64,000 bases of DNA from Macrostomum hystrix (Eukaryota; Animalia; Platyhelminthes). Under the pieces are notes generated by a model, which saw nothing but the letters and a program-made list of their open reading frames with translations, did no database searches and was not told the origin of the DNA. The translations under genes were made by a program, and so were the position numbers. This document shows positions 38,141 to 50,559 of this stretch, in pieces. The stretch is from the NCBI GenBank assembly GCA_950097015.1, contig CATNEN010000002.1:7440001-7504000 (forward strand), read 5' to 3'. The stretch's first letter is position 1, and each line of letters begins with the position of its first letter.

Positions 38141-39000
38141 GGCTAATTCAGGCAGGCTCAACAACTTCCACGAGCTGAAACAAAAAGAGCCATTTAGAGA
38201 TTTAATTTAGTACAATACATCTGCATACTAAGCATTCTAAGCGTAATAACCAAGAGAAAATTATATCAACAATGAGGCCATAATTTGAGCTTTACAAAGA
38301 AGATAAGCTTGTGCCACAGACACTCACTAAGCATTACAATGCTCATACATTTTTCCTCAAACAGTAAAAAATCTATCTTCCATGCAGGAAGTTGCTACCA
38401 TTGAAGTGAGTCATCATGTCATCGTACACCAAGCATTTAAACTTGATGTTCGCATAGTTACCCTAAAATTAAAGCAGTTTTTTATCAAAAGGACGTGTAA
38501 AAATGTTGAAGAAATCTTATCTATCTCCAAAATTATAACAAATCGAATAATTTTGCTTCAGATTCATTTTCAGAATTCGCACTTACAAATGACCATGCAA
38601 CATTAAGATTTCGAATCATTATTTTTTATCTATACTGACCAAGAAGCCATATCATGGAGATGTGCAAGAATAAAACGTTTATGTGCTTTTCAATCCTTCT
38701 GTGCTTGTGTGATTCAATGTTAATTTTCTGCAAAAAGTAATGAACAAAGTTATGAACAATTTGACTAAGTGTCCTCTACTAATAAAGTTTTTTGCATGTT
38801 TCAATTCCTATGAATTAATCACAGGGGGTGTATACAATATGTGTAAAAATTACTTCCAAGCATAGTAAAATTTGACCAGATTAGCATAAAATGACTATTC
38901 TTCAAAGTAAAAACTGGATCATAGCTTTAGCGCTACAACAAGAAAAAAGATTTTATGCAGACATTCAATCATACTTCATTGCAGAATTTTTAGCACTCTT

Positions 39001-39480
39001 TATTACATTTTTTACAGATATCCAATTATAAAAGGCTAGATATGCAAAATGCCGAAAACGACACACACTTCTAGAAAAAATATTTCTTTAGATGTTGTTG
39101 ATGCTAAAAATTGAAACTGCAGCTTTGAGTGTATACTGCTACTATTTAAATTTTTGCGGAAACATAAACAGAAAAGAAATAGTGAGTTTCTAGTAAACAT
39201 TGAAGTAAATATAATTCGAATTAATTCGCGGAAGTTTTAAAGTTTAAAATTTGCCGTGGTACCTAATATTTTCTATTTTCGTTTATAATAACAAAATTCT
39301 GCATCAAAAATAACAAAATGTACAGTTGTTTTTTAATTAAGCATTAGTGCTGCAAGCACCTAAACTGTCTTAGTAAAAAATTAAAAAAACGAATAATTTA
39401 GATACGCCGAAAGCTACTTTTCGTTTCGTATTTGCAGTTTGTATATACAGACGTTCTTCCAAATTCAAAATGAGGTTAAA
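39001..39480. promoter_or_regulatory. Putative divergent promoter between calpain (-) and Argonaute (+)
   Basis: About 14 CpG in 480 bp between two head-to-head genes, with a CpG-poor block on the Argonaute side. Positional inference only. Confidence 0.35.
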
Positions 39481-41229
39481 TTACATTTTTTCTTTTAGTG
39501 AATATTTAAATTTAAACTATAATCACATTTTTTGTAGTTGTTGTTTTGTTTGAAACTGCTATTAACTAAGCCATTTAAGACTAGTCATACTTCAATTTTA
39601 GGCCTTCTTTTGAATTTGCCAAAAATATATAGTAATCTAAAGCAGCACAAACTTCATCTAGATGGCATTACTTGGCCAAAACAGTTTTTTTTCACAGTCA
39701 TCTGTCCCGCCTCCCACTTCAGTGCCAAATCCTAGCTTTCATTCACAAAGTGATCTTTCTATCGGAATGACAGGCCTTATGCAATTTCCTCATGCTGCTG
39801 CAATATGTAAGTTTAAAATAAATTCTATAACTTTACATTGGAATGATATTAATAAAAGCAAAACTAAGTGAAGAATGGAATTTCCTATTTTATCTTGTAT
39901 TTTTTTACCTTAAACTTAAAAAGTAAAGGGTTAGTCAGCCAGTACAGAATATTGGCAAAACTCTTCTTTGGGTCGAGTTGATGCCAGAAGAACTCACTGA
40001 GGTGAGGTGGGAGTAAAAAAAGTCATGACTGGTGCCTATGGAATTGGCTGACTATGGAACTTTGCCTTGTACCCAGGTGCCTTGGACAGTATTTATGTGC
40101 ACAGTTATGTCATTTGGATCAACAAAGTGTACAGATGGTGATTGAGTCATTGACAAATTGGTTGGGAAGCGCATCCTAGGCAACATGTACTGCTGAATAA
40201 TTAGCAGCAGAGACTATTCTACTATGCTGTGTAATACTATTTCTCAAGCACCATGACCTGTTTTACTGCTGTAATAAACTTGTTTTTGTTTATTTGTTTA
40301 CAATTTTAATTACATTTAAATAAGGACTTTTATAGATAAATTATGTATGTTCTGTATGTATGTATCTTCATTTCATTGCAGGAATTTATTTGTTGTTATC
40401 ATTCATCATCATTGTTGACTGTCATAGTGTCTGATTCCTATATGTTGTGCAATTGAGATACTTGCAAAAGCCCTAGACCTATCAAAAAGAATATAGGATA
40501 ATCTTTAAAATGTCCCAAGACATTAAATGTTATTTAATATTCACACACATAATTAACCCTACCCAAACCCTTCATTCATTATGTCCCAATTAGTGTCATA
40601 TTGCTATTTTTTGGTGTTCTCACAAAAGCCCTTTGGCCTATCCTATAAAAATACAATTAATCTATTGCCTTTATATCATTAGAGCTAGGCTGCTGTAGTT
40701 GTCTTAGTGTGTGGCTATTTTGTAATTTTTCAAATTATTATATAAGGCTTCAAAATGCACTTTTTCTTTCCTTAGAATAATATATAATATATATCATATA
40801 TATATATAATTGTTGTCAACATCAATATGAACGGATAGGCATTGTTATAATAGCTGATAGGAATGTTAATTCATAATTCTTAGTGTTATTATCTACAATC
40901 ATAAAAATGCAGTATCTCTGTCTACTAATAGCTTCTGGGCTCTGGTTAAAGCAACTTGCAACTGCAACTTGGAAGTTCAGGGTTCAGTTAATAAAGGATC
41001 AAGAAACCTATTTGTGTCTGTTGCAACTGTTTTTGTTACCATTGAGTCAATTAACAATGAGCCCCAATAAAGAATTGCTTTACTTTACCTATCTGTTTAA
41101 CAGGTACTAGCATAATATTAGGGTCAAGTGTAGATGTGGCACACAATTTTCATGACTTAACAGTCACAAGCAGCCTTTTGATATGCCCCAAGATGGCTGT
41201 GCTGTTGACCTGGTACATTTTTCACAATC

Positions 41230-44200
41230 ATGGCAGGTATAATTAAAAAGTTATATTTTTATGTCTTATTATTCTCTTGTATTACCTGTCTCATGCCTTA
41301 TCATTCTGTTGTAATATTTTTTGATTTGGATGGATTAAACAATCTTACAAAGTCTGACCTCGGTTAACCCTTACTATGCAGTTATAATTCCATTAAAGGT
41401 GTTTTCATTTTTGCTTTAACATAAAAAACAAGTAAAAAAATAAATATACTAAGAGACTCAGAATAAATTTCCTGATCATCTAATAGTGAGCAAAAAAATT
41501 ATTTTAAACTTTGTTGTTGCAGCTTTTTGCAACTTATCTGGCTATAAATTTGCTTTTGAATAAACATGATTACGTAGGAATCAAATTCTAGTCACTGTCT
41601 AGTCACATTATTATCTAATAAAAGCCACTAGCCTAGCTACTCCAGAATTTGCTGTATTTGAATCGTATATTTATTTATTAAACCTCACTTCAATAATTTG
41701 TTTGAATCAGTGCCTGGCGGCTTCAATCCTCACGCACCACCCCCGGTGCCCACCACGCCTGGTGGGGGAGGCGGCGGACCCGGCAGCAGCGGGGTCGCCT
41801 CCAACGCCGGCGCCTCCTCCGGTGGCGGATCCACTGGCTTCGGTGGCGGCGGCGGAGGCGGAGGCGGCGGCAGCTCCGGAGACGAGCCGTCACCGCCGGC
41901 CATCATCTTTCCGCCGCCGATGCGTCCAGACCGCGGCCAGGAGGGCCGGCACATCAGCCTGCGCGCCAATCACTTTGAAATCCGGCTGCCGAAGGGCTTC
42001 CTGCATCATTACGATGTGTCAATTGTGCCAGACAAGTGTCCACGCCGAGTCAACAGGGAGATTGTCAACACAATGGTGAACTCCATGCATCACCAGAGCT
42101 TCTTCTTTAATCAGCGTCCCGTGTTTGATGGCAGAAAAAATCTTTATGCCAGGTGTGTAATGTGTAATTTCTCGTTTCTCGTAAAATACAATGCCCTTCC
42201 ACCGAGACATGGCTTCGGGTGGGGGGCTGTAGGCACTGAATCATTATTTGGTGACTCTGAATAGACCATTCTATTCATTCCGCTCGCTCCTTAGCACCGA
42301 CCCACACAGTCACAGGTGAGTGTAATGTCATTGTCAGGCACTGTACACTCTTACTGCGCCATAAAGTTTAGCCCTTTAGTGGGCCGTAAATTGCAAGACA
42401 ATTGATGCAAGATAATTGCAATTCCTTCTCTTCGCGTCTGCGCCTCAAATGAAAGTGGCCTCGCCTTGAAATCGAGCTCAGTGAGCTGCTACTCTCCACC
42501 CTAATTAGGTTAGCTACACTTCTCAGATCCTCATTCTAGTTAGCTACATCTTTAAGATCCTGAGGTAGGTTAACTATACTTCCCAGCTACGCTTCCCAGA
42601 TCCCAAAGTAGGTTTCAGCCTTTCTACAATCCCCACCCTGAAATCGCCTCCCTAATTTAGAGACCCGCTGCCGCTGGGCACGGACCGGTTGGAACTGGAG
42701 GTCACCCTGCCTGGCGAGGGCAGCAAGGACCGAGTGTTTCGCGTCAGCCTGCGCTACCTGGGCGAGGTGTCGCTCTTCGCCCTCGAAGAGGCGCTCGAAG
42801 GCCGTCGTCGCGGCATTCCGAACGAGGCTGTGAACGCGCTGGATGTGATAATGCGCCACCTGCCCAGCATGCAGTACACACCTGTTGGCCGATCATTCTT
42901 TCAGCAGCCGGACCAGGACTCCACGGATCATCCGCTGGGCAGCGGGCGGGAGGTTTGGTTCGGCTTCCACCAGAGCGTGCGGCCCAGCCACTGGAAGATG
43001 ATGCTCAACATTGACGTGTCGGCCACGGCCTTCTACAAGGCTCAGACTGTGTGCGAATTCCTGTGCGAAGTCCTGGAGACCACCGACTTGGAGGAGTACA
43101 GCAGGAAACCGCTCAGCGACTGCAACCGGGTGAAGTTCACCAAGGAGATCAAGGGCCTGAAGATCGAGATCACCCACTGCGGCCAGATGCGCAGGAAGTA
43201 CCGAGTCTGCAATGTCACCAGACGGTCGGCCAGCGCCCAGAGCTTCCCGCTGCAGATGGAGAACGGCCAGACTCTGGAGTGCACCGTGGCCAAGTACTTC
43301 GCCGAGCGGTACAAAATGCGACTGCGCTACCCCATGCTGCCCTGCCTGCAGGTTGGCCAAGAGAACAAGCACACTTACCTGCCGCTGGAGGTCTGCAACA
43401 TTGTCAGCGGCCAGCGCTGCATCAAGAAGCTCACCGACTCGCAGACTTCAACCATGATCAAGGCCACGGCCAGGTCCGCGCCTGATCGGGAGCGCGAAAT
43501 CAACAACCTGGTGCGCAAGGCCAACTTCAACCACGACAGCCACCTGCAGGCATTTGGCATTCAGGTGAGCATCCAGATTGGCACCCGCTCCCTACAATGC
43601 TCATCCGCTCTCATCAGTCCTCATCCGCCCTCCCACAAATTCGCATCCGTTCCCCTAATCCTCATCCGCTCCCCAATCCTCATCCGATCCCCAATCCTCA
43701 TCCGCTCCACAAGTCTTATCCGCTCCCCCAATCCTCATCCGCTCCACAATTCTTATACGCTCCCCCAATCCTCATCCGCTCCCCCAATCCTCATCCGCTC
43801 CCCCAATCCTCATCCGCTCCCCCAATCCTCATCCGCTCCCCCAATCCTCATCCGCTCCCCCAACCCTCATCCGCTCCCCCAATCCTCATCCGCTCCCCCA
43901 ATCCTCATCCGCTCCCCCAATCCTCATCCGCTCCCCCAATCCTCATCCGCTCCCCCGTATCCTCATCCGCTCCCCCAATCCTCATCCGCTCCCCCAATCC
44001 TCATCCGCTCCCCTAATCCTCATCCGCTCCCCCAATTCTTATCCGCTCCCCTATTTCTGATCAGCTGTCCCCCTCAGCCACCCTCAGTCCTCGGATCCAG
44101 TCGTCATCCGCACTCATTCCATTCATTGCCTAACCCTTATTTGATTTCTGTTACCGTGGCAACTAAATTCAGGTGCAAACTCGCATGGCCGAGATTGGCG

Positions 44201-47200
44201 GTCGAGTTCTGCCGCCGCCGCGCATTCAATACGGCGGCCGAAGCCGAGCCCAGGCGCTGCCACAGCAGGGCGTCTGGGACATGCGCGGCAAGCAGTTCTT
44301 CGCCGGCATCGAGATCAAAGTGTGGGCCATCGCCTGCTTCGCCGCCCAGCGCACGGTGCGCGAGGACTCGCTGCGCCAGTTCACCCAGCAGCTGCAGCGC
44401 ATCAGCCAGGACGCCGGCATGGCCATCACGGGCCAGCCCTGCTTCTGCAAATACGCCAACGGCCAGGACCAGGTGGAGCCGATGTTCCGCTATCTGAAGA
44501 ACACCTTCCAGGGCCTGCAGCTCATTGTGGTTGTGCTGCCCGGCAAGACTCCGGTGAGCATTTGGTCTGCTAATTCCGCACATTGATAAAGACCTTTGAT
44601 TGGTGCAACGTCTTATTGGTTGGGGGTCAGTGGCAGAGCGGTTAACGCGCTTGTCTTGTTAATGCGTCATTGAACTCGATTCCGCGACGAGGCCACATTT
44701 ATTTGGCGTGCAGCTGCAGAGATGCTGTAGCCTTGTGGTTTTATAGCGTCGGACTCACGACATGGGGGTCGGTGGTTCGATTCTCGCTCCACTGGAACAA
44801 TTTCGTTCTTTAGCAAGACACTTAACTCTGCAGTGTTTTAGTTCACCCAGCTGTTAAATGGGTACCAGCATTAGCTGGGGTAATTGAGGGTGGGTGTGGC
44901 GTCCCTCCAGTCCATGGACTGAACAGCTGTACGCAGCCTTCAGATGCGCCGCATCTGGCCCACGTGGAGCAGGTGTAATCAATTATTATTATAACTTATT
45001 ATTAAGCCGCGGCGAAAGGGCTTAAGGTGTAAACTGTCTGACGATAAGAAAGTCAGGGCAAACATACACACCTGTGTGAGCGTTTGCCTGCGTACAGTAT
45101 ATTGTGCGCGTGCTCAAGAGTCAGCGAAATGGACAGAATTCCCTCCTCGCTGGCTGCAGGTCTAGTGTCACCAAGTGATGTGCCATTGCCCTCCTGCAAC
45201 GTGATTGGTCAGAAAGTTACAGTATCTGAAGCTCACTGATTGGTCAGGTGAAACAAGCAAAAGTATTTGAATAATTCGCTGATTTGCAGGTTTACGCCGA
45301 GGTGAAGCGAGTCGGCGACATCCTGTTCGGCCTGGCCACCCAGTGCGTGCAGGCCAAGAACGTTGTGAAAACCTCGCCGCAGACGCTCAGCAATCTCTGC
45401 CTTAAGATGAACGTCAAACTCGGCGGCATCAACTCAATCCTGGTGCCTGCGGTTCGTCCCGGCGTCTTCCGCGAGCCGGTCATCTTCATGGGCGGCGACG
45501 TCACACACCCGCCGGCCGGAGACCGTTCCAAGCCGTCCATCGCCGCCGTGGTGGCCAGCATGGACGCCCACCCCAGCCGCTACGCCGCCACAGTGCGGGT
45601 ACAGGCCCACCGCGAGGAGAGAATCGCCGAACTGTGCGCCATGACCAAGGAGCTGCTTCTGCAGTTCTACCGCAGCACCCGATTCAAGCCAACGCGCATT
45701 GTGTACTTTAGAGACGGAGTCAGCGAGGGCCAGTTTCAGGTAAGAGAGCTGCTCTGATTATGTGTTTGACTCTCACTGAAGGATCATGTAGGTCACTGAA
45801 GGATCATGTAGGTCACTGAAAAATCATGTAGGTCACTGAAGGATCATGTATGTCACTGAAGGATCATGTAGGTCACTGAAGGATCATGTAGGTCACTGAA
45901 GGATCATGTAGGTCACTGAAGGATCATGTAGGTCACTGAAGGATCATGTAGGTCACTGAAGGATCATGTAGGTCACTGAAGGATCATGTAGGTCACTGAA
46001 GGATCATGTAGGTCACTGAAGGATCATGTAGGTCACTGAAGGATCATGTAGGTCACTGAAGGATCATGTAGGTCACTGAAGGATCATGTAGGTCACTGAA
46101 GGATCATGTAGGTCACTGAAGGATCATGTAGGTCACTGAAGGATCATGTAGGTCACTGAAGGATCATGTAGGTCACTGAAGGATCATGTAGGTCACTGAA
46201 GGATCATGTAGGTCACTGAAGGATCATGTAGGTCACTGAAGGATCATGTAGGTCAGTGAAATATCAGTTGCTGAATGATCAGGTGGTCCTATTTACCTGG
46301 AGTCTGTCGCTGGATGATAAGATAATAGCTGGTTGTTAAGTTGAATACCTTAAACCCTATTTTATTTTACATGAAGTTAATTATCAAGGATGTTCGCGTT
46401 TCACAGTTGGTCCAGTCGCACGAGTTGCGCGCCCTTCGCGAGGCCTGCACCCGCCTGGAGCTGGACTATCAGCCCGGCATCACCTTCGTGGTGGTGCAGA
46501 AGCGCCACCACACCCGCCTGTTCTGCGCCGATACCAAAGACAAAATCGGCCGCAGTGGCAACATTCCGGCTGGTACAACTGTTGATCAGACAATCACGCA
46601 TCCTACCGAGTTCGACTTCTACCTGTGCAGTCACGCTGGAATTCAGGTAGGCTAATTTTGACAACAGAGAGAAATTGTATCAAACTTGGAGGAGTACAAC
46701 TTCATGAGATAAACCCCTCAATGTTTTCCTTTTTTAGGACCCTATATATAAATATTTCCGCTTAATATACCCCGCTTAAAAACTGATGAAAACCTTAAAA
46801 CTGTGTATCTATGCTCGAACTATCTAAGCTAGCAGAATAAGCCTTGAATCTTGTCTAGCCGTTTAGTTCAAAGCAGGGTTAATTCGAACTGCCTTGCCCT
46901 AGCTAAATATAGTTTGACTGCGCTAAAGCTAGAACAAATTTTTGTACTGTCAAAGTAAGTTCTAAAATTAGTATATTTGACTAGCAAATTCAACCCCCAC
47001 CGTCCCGATTTATCACATTATTCTCTCCAGGGCACCAGCCGCCCGTCGCACTATCATGTCATGTGGGACGACAATAAATTCACAGCCGACGAGCTGCAGA
47101 TGCTAACCTACCAGCTGTGCCACACCTATGTGCGCTGCACCCGGTCTGTGAGCATCCCGGCTCCGGCCTACTATGCTCACCTGGTCGCTTTCCGAGCCCG

Positions 47201-47342
47201 CTACCACCTAGTTGAGAAGGATCAGGTTGACCTGGGCGAGGGCTCGCAGAAAAGCGGCAGCTCAGATGAAAGAAACCCAGCAGCCATGCTTCGGGCCATC
47301 ACTGTGCACCCGGAGACAATGCGGGTCATGTACTTCGCCTGA
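41230..47342 (+). CDS. AGO: Argonaute, AGO (miRNA) clade, N-PAZ-MID-PIWI, about 911 aa
   Basis: Exons 41230-41236 (ATG GCA G|gtataa, inferred), 41711-42152 (Gly/Pro-rich N-terminus, [18 protein letters not shown]...[10 protein letters not shown]), 42661-43564 ([26 protein letters not shown]...PCLQVG), 44173-44553, 45290-45739 ([10 protein letters not shown]...GGDVTHPP...[10 protein letters not shown]), 46407-46646 ([10 protein letters not shown]), 47031-47342 ([10 protein letters not shown]...PAYYAHL...MYFA*). Total 2736 nt, phases consistent. Confidence 0.97.
42311..42485 (-). mobile_element. Degraded SINE family A fragment in Argonaute intron 2
   Basis: CACAGGTG...GTCAGGCA.TGTACACTC...GTAAATTGCA...GTGGCCTCGCC.TG.AATCGAGCTCA matches the A consensus. 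Confidence 0.65.
43600..44050. repeat. Minisatellite, 19-bp unit CCTCATCCGCTCCCCCAAT in Argonaute intron 3
   Basis: About 20 copies; read through by the naive ORF 42689-44497. Confidence 0.95.
44622..45200 (+). mobile_element. SINE family A interrupted by a family B SINE
   Basis: A head TGGCAGAGCGG...GAACTCGATTCC (44622-44723); the A body resumes after about 45005 and ends GTGTCACCAAGTGATGTGCCATTGCCC. Confidence 0.8.
44724..45004 (+). mobile_element. tRNA-headed SINE family B, apparently full length, CORE-like central domain
   Basis: A box TAGCCTTGTGG (44728-44738), B box GGTTCGATTC (44774-44783), then AGCAAGACACTTAAC...CACCCAGCTGTTAAATGGGTACC reminiscent of the CORE-SINE domain, and an (ATT)n tail. 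Confidence 0.75.
45774..46260. repeat. Minisatellite, 20-bp unit GTCACTGAAGGATCATGTAG in Argonaute intron 5
   Basis: About 24 almost identical copies. Confidence 0.98.
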
Positions 47343-48234
47343 GCCGGCGTCCAGTTGCTATGGACTCTGAATTCTGCTGATTACTTTGCACTGCCTAGAC
47401 AATGATTATGTTTAGATAGATTTGTGAGGTTAATTGTGTTTTCTTCATTCTAGTTCTTTAAAAGATAAATTCACACAACTATGCTTTGCATATGAATTGA
47501 TCAGAGAGTACAGATCGCTGTCCATATCAGCTCTAACTGGTGGCCTTGTTGTTTGAGTTTTATCCTAGATTGAAGAATGTCCACATGTTTATTTGTTCAT
47601 TTCCAGTTTAAACAGATTTTCAATGCACAACTGCACCATCTTGGCCAGTCCTTTAAAACTATTTTAGTTTTTAATCAAAATCGACACAAAATTTTATTGT
47701 CACCAATTTTTAACGCTGATCTCCGTACTTTGTGGACTTACCATGTCAAGCTGCGATGGTGTGTATTCCAGTTGAAACAAGATTGCTTGTTTTAGTATGC
47801 TTTTTTCTTGTAATTATCGAGCCAGAAATTTTAAAAATTTCCGCACCTCCTTGCGCTAGTTGTAAGTTTCCGTTTTTATTGTTATTTTATCCACAAATTT
47901 ATGCAAATGTTGCATCTCTTTGACTAGTAGTTGGTACGCTTGCTTTCTTTCTTTTCTTTCTGACTTTTAATTTAACGAACATTTTCTGTCAATACTTTAT
48001 TGTTACGCTAATCGGTATTTTTGTCCTGCACATTTTATCATCTACTTTTAGTCATTTTAATTAATTATTTTCCTGCATACAAACTGGCTTTTGAATGTAG
48101 TTACAGTGTGCGGAGGCGGCGTGTTTTTAGTGTAAATTAGATTTAAATCCTTTTTACCAACCAAGGAGTCTTCTCAGAGCTAGTCCTGTAAAATCGCGGT
48201 ATTCAACTTTTCTATAATCAAATCCTAATAGTGG

Positions 48235-48552
48235 GGAATCCTGCAGAATCGTCCCAAACGATCCTGTAGAATCGTCCCAAGCAATTCTGTAGATTCGTCC
48301 CTAGCGATCCTGTAGAATCGTCCCAAGCGATCCTGTAGAATCGTCCCAAGCAATTCTGTAGATTCGTCCCAAGCGATCCTGTAGAATCGTCCCAAGCGAT
48401 CCTGTAGAATCGTCCCAAGCGATCCTGTCGAATCGTCCCAAGCGATCCTGTAGAATCGTCCCAAGCGATCCTGTAGAATCGTCCCAAGCGATCCTGTAGA
48501 ATCGTCCCAAGCGATCATGTAGAATCGTCCCTAGCAGTCCTGTAGAATCCTC
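48235..48552. repeat. Minisatellite, 23-bp unit CGATCCTGTAGAATCGTCCCAAG
   Basis: About 14 copies, 0.9 kb downstream of the Argonaute stop. Confidence 0.95.
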
Positions 48553-49604
48553 TGAAGCGAGAGGAGGAATTTCAGTTTCCAATATTTTTTGGTTCCATTG
48601 TTGCTTGGCTGAATAGTTTTGCAACGATATCCATAATTTTTCGATTATAATTATTGATTTCCTATCAGTAAATCACCTGATATTTCATGCATACAAACTC
48701 TCCTATATTGTGCGCAAGGTTGATCAAAACAAATCAATGATCTAATCAAAATAATGATGCTTACCTACTGAGAACAAGTTGTAGTAGAAGGACTGTTTTT
48801 TATTATCTAGCGATTTTATCCTTAGGTGCAATATATTGAACTGCAGTAATTAGCAAAAATGTTAAAGTGTGATTGTAAGACTTCATTGCGTCTCACCTTT
48901 TATTCTAGGTTTGCCATTTTTTGTTTTGTTTGTACCTCGTTTAGCTTGCTAATAATGTTCTGCTAGCATAATTAACTGCTGCTCTATACTCAAATTTCTC
49001 TATCCGAACATATCATTCAGTGTTTACCCACCCAGGCCTCTGGCTAGTGTGGTTTTCCCTGGCCTATTTTAGCATGCACTTCAATCATTTCTGCATATTA
49101 TTGCAATAATAATTCACCATTAACAGTGTTCGATTTTTTTTAAACCTTTTTTAGATAGATTCATTTTCAAAGCTGAATTGTTGATTTTTTTATATTTGCC
49201 TATTCTGGGCCTGAAATGCTTTTGCTATATATAGATTATGGATCTGATTGCGCACTAACCTCTTTTTATTAGTACACGAGTACTTTAATAGCTAATCTAC
49301 TTAAACTCGCTGGCGTGCTCCATCCAACACCTTGCTGATGACTTCTTCCTTCGCAATCTGTGTCGCTGCTTTTTTCTCAATCTTTTTATCCAATTGTTTT
49401 TACTTTCTACGCAAAAAAATTTGTCCGCTTGTCCGTTTTATTTAGTCTTTTTTCTTGCTTTGTCTTCTTTAATTTAGCCTGCCCTGCTGTTTGTTGTTTT
49501 GCTTCTCATTCAGGAAATGAGTTTACCTGCCTGCCTTGCGACACATGGAAATCGGAATTCTAGTCCTCATCAGCTAGAGAGCTTGCAGCAAACGATAAAC
49601 CAAC

Positions 49605-49900
49605 TTCTGTTCCTCAATGTACATTCTCTTAAAAGCATCATCTGAAATCCCTTCCCCATAATGTACGTTCTCGAGAAACATCTTTAAAGTTTCTCTGCCC
49701 CTCAATGTACATTCTTTAAAATCCCTGCCCCTCAATGTACATCATCTTAAATCCCTGCCCCGCAATGTACATTATCTGGAAACCATTCTCTGAAACCCCT
49801 GCCCCGTAATGTCCATTCTCGAAAAAATATTTATAAGTCCCTGAGCCTCAATGTACATCCTCTGAAATCCCTGCCTCTCAATGTACATTCTTTGAAAGCT
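49605..49900. repeat. Degenerate repeat, about 30-bp unit CCCTGCCCCTCAATGTACATTCTCTGAAAT
   Basis: About 8-9 decayed copies. Confidence 0.8.
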
Positions 49901-50559
49901 CAGACTCTCTTAAACATGCGTAAAAAATGATTGCATGAGCGGACCATTCAAGTAACTTACCGGCATAATTTAACAGAGGCGGATGGCTAGCAAGTTAAAA
50001 AAAAGTTGTCTTTTAGCTGCAATTGAGGTGTCTTCCTAAGAATCAGAGAGTCGATAGTACACATGCACATAATTGTGATAAGCTAGTGTGTGTTTTATTT
50101 ATTGTTGTCCTTAGCTTCCCGCCGGATAGTCGAAATTCGCGTGAATTTCTAGTTTTTAGCTGATTTTTTCTACAATCGTTTTTATCTGCTCCAAGAAATA
50201 TTCACCGATTTCGTTTCTGGAACGCGCGTTTTGTTATTAAAGTACTTCAATTTTTAAGTCGCTAATTGCTTTTCTATTGTTATTAATTTCCGTGTATTAT
50301 TGACAGGCCTTGTTCGTTCCGTACATAGATGGTGTGCTTTCTGGTTTATCTATTGAATAAATTCCTTCTATTGTGAGCGAAATATCTATCATTTTCCATA
50401 GATCTGTACTGCTAGTTTCAGGCACCCTGCGTTTATTGCCTAGATGTATGTTTGTCTTTAGAATGCTGATTTTCTTAGTGATTGACTTTTTTAGAAATTC
50501 GCCTTATCACAAGCTTTTATTAGAACTGTTATAATGTAGGCCTCTCAGATCTGATTAGA

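Noticed and set aside
42689-44497. 602-aa ORF taken as a single Argonaute exon with an internal Pro/Ser-rich repeat
   Set aside because: A donor at 43565 and an acceptor at 44172 remove the 19-bp array; the conserved sequence resumes in another frame at 44173.
44724-44800. Possible tRNA gene
   Set aside because: A and B boxes are present but I could not fold a cloverleaf, and it continues into a SINE body and tail.
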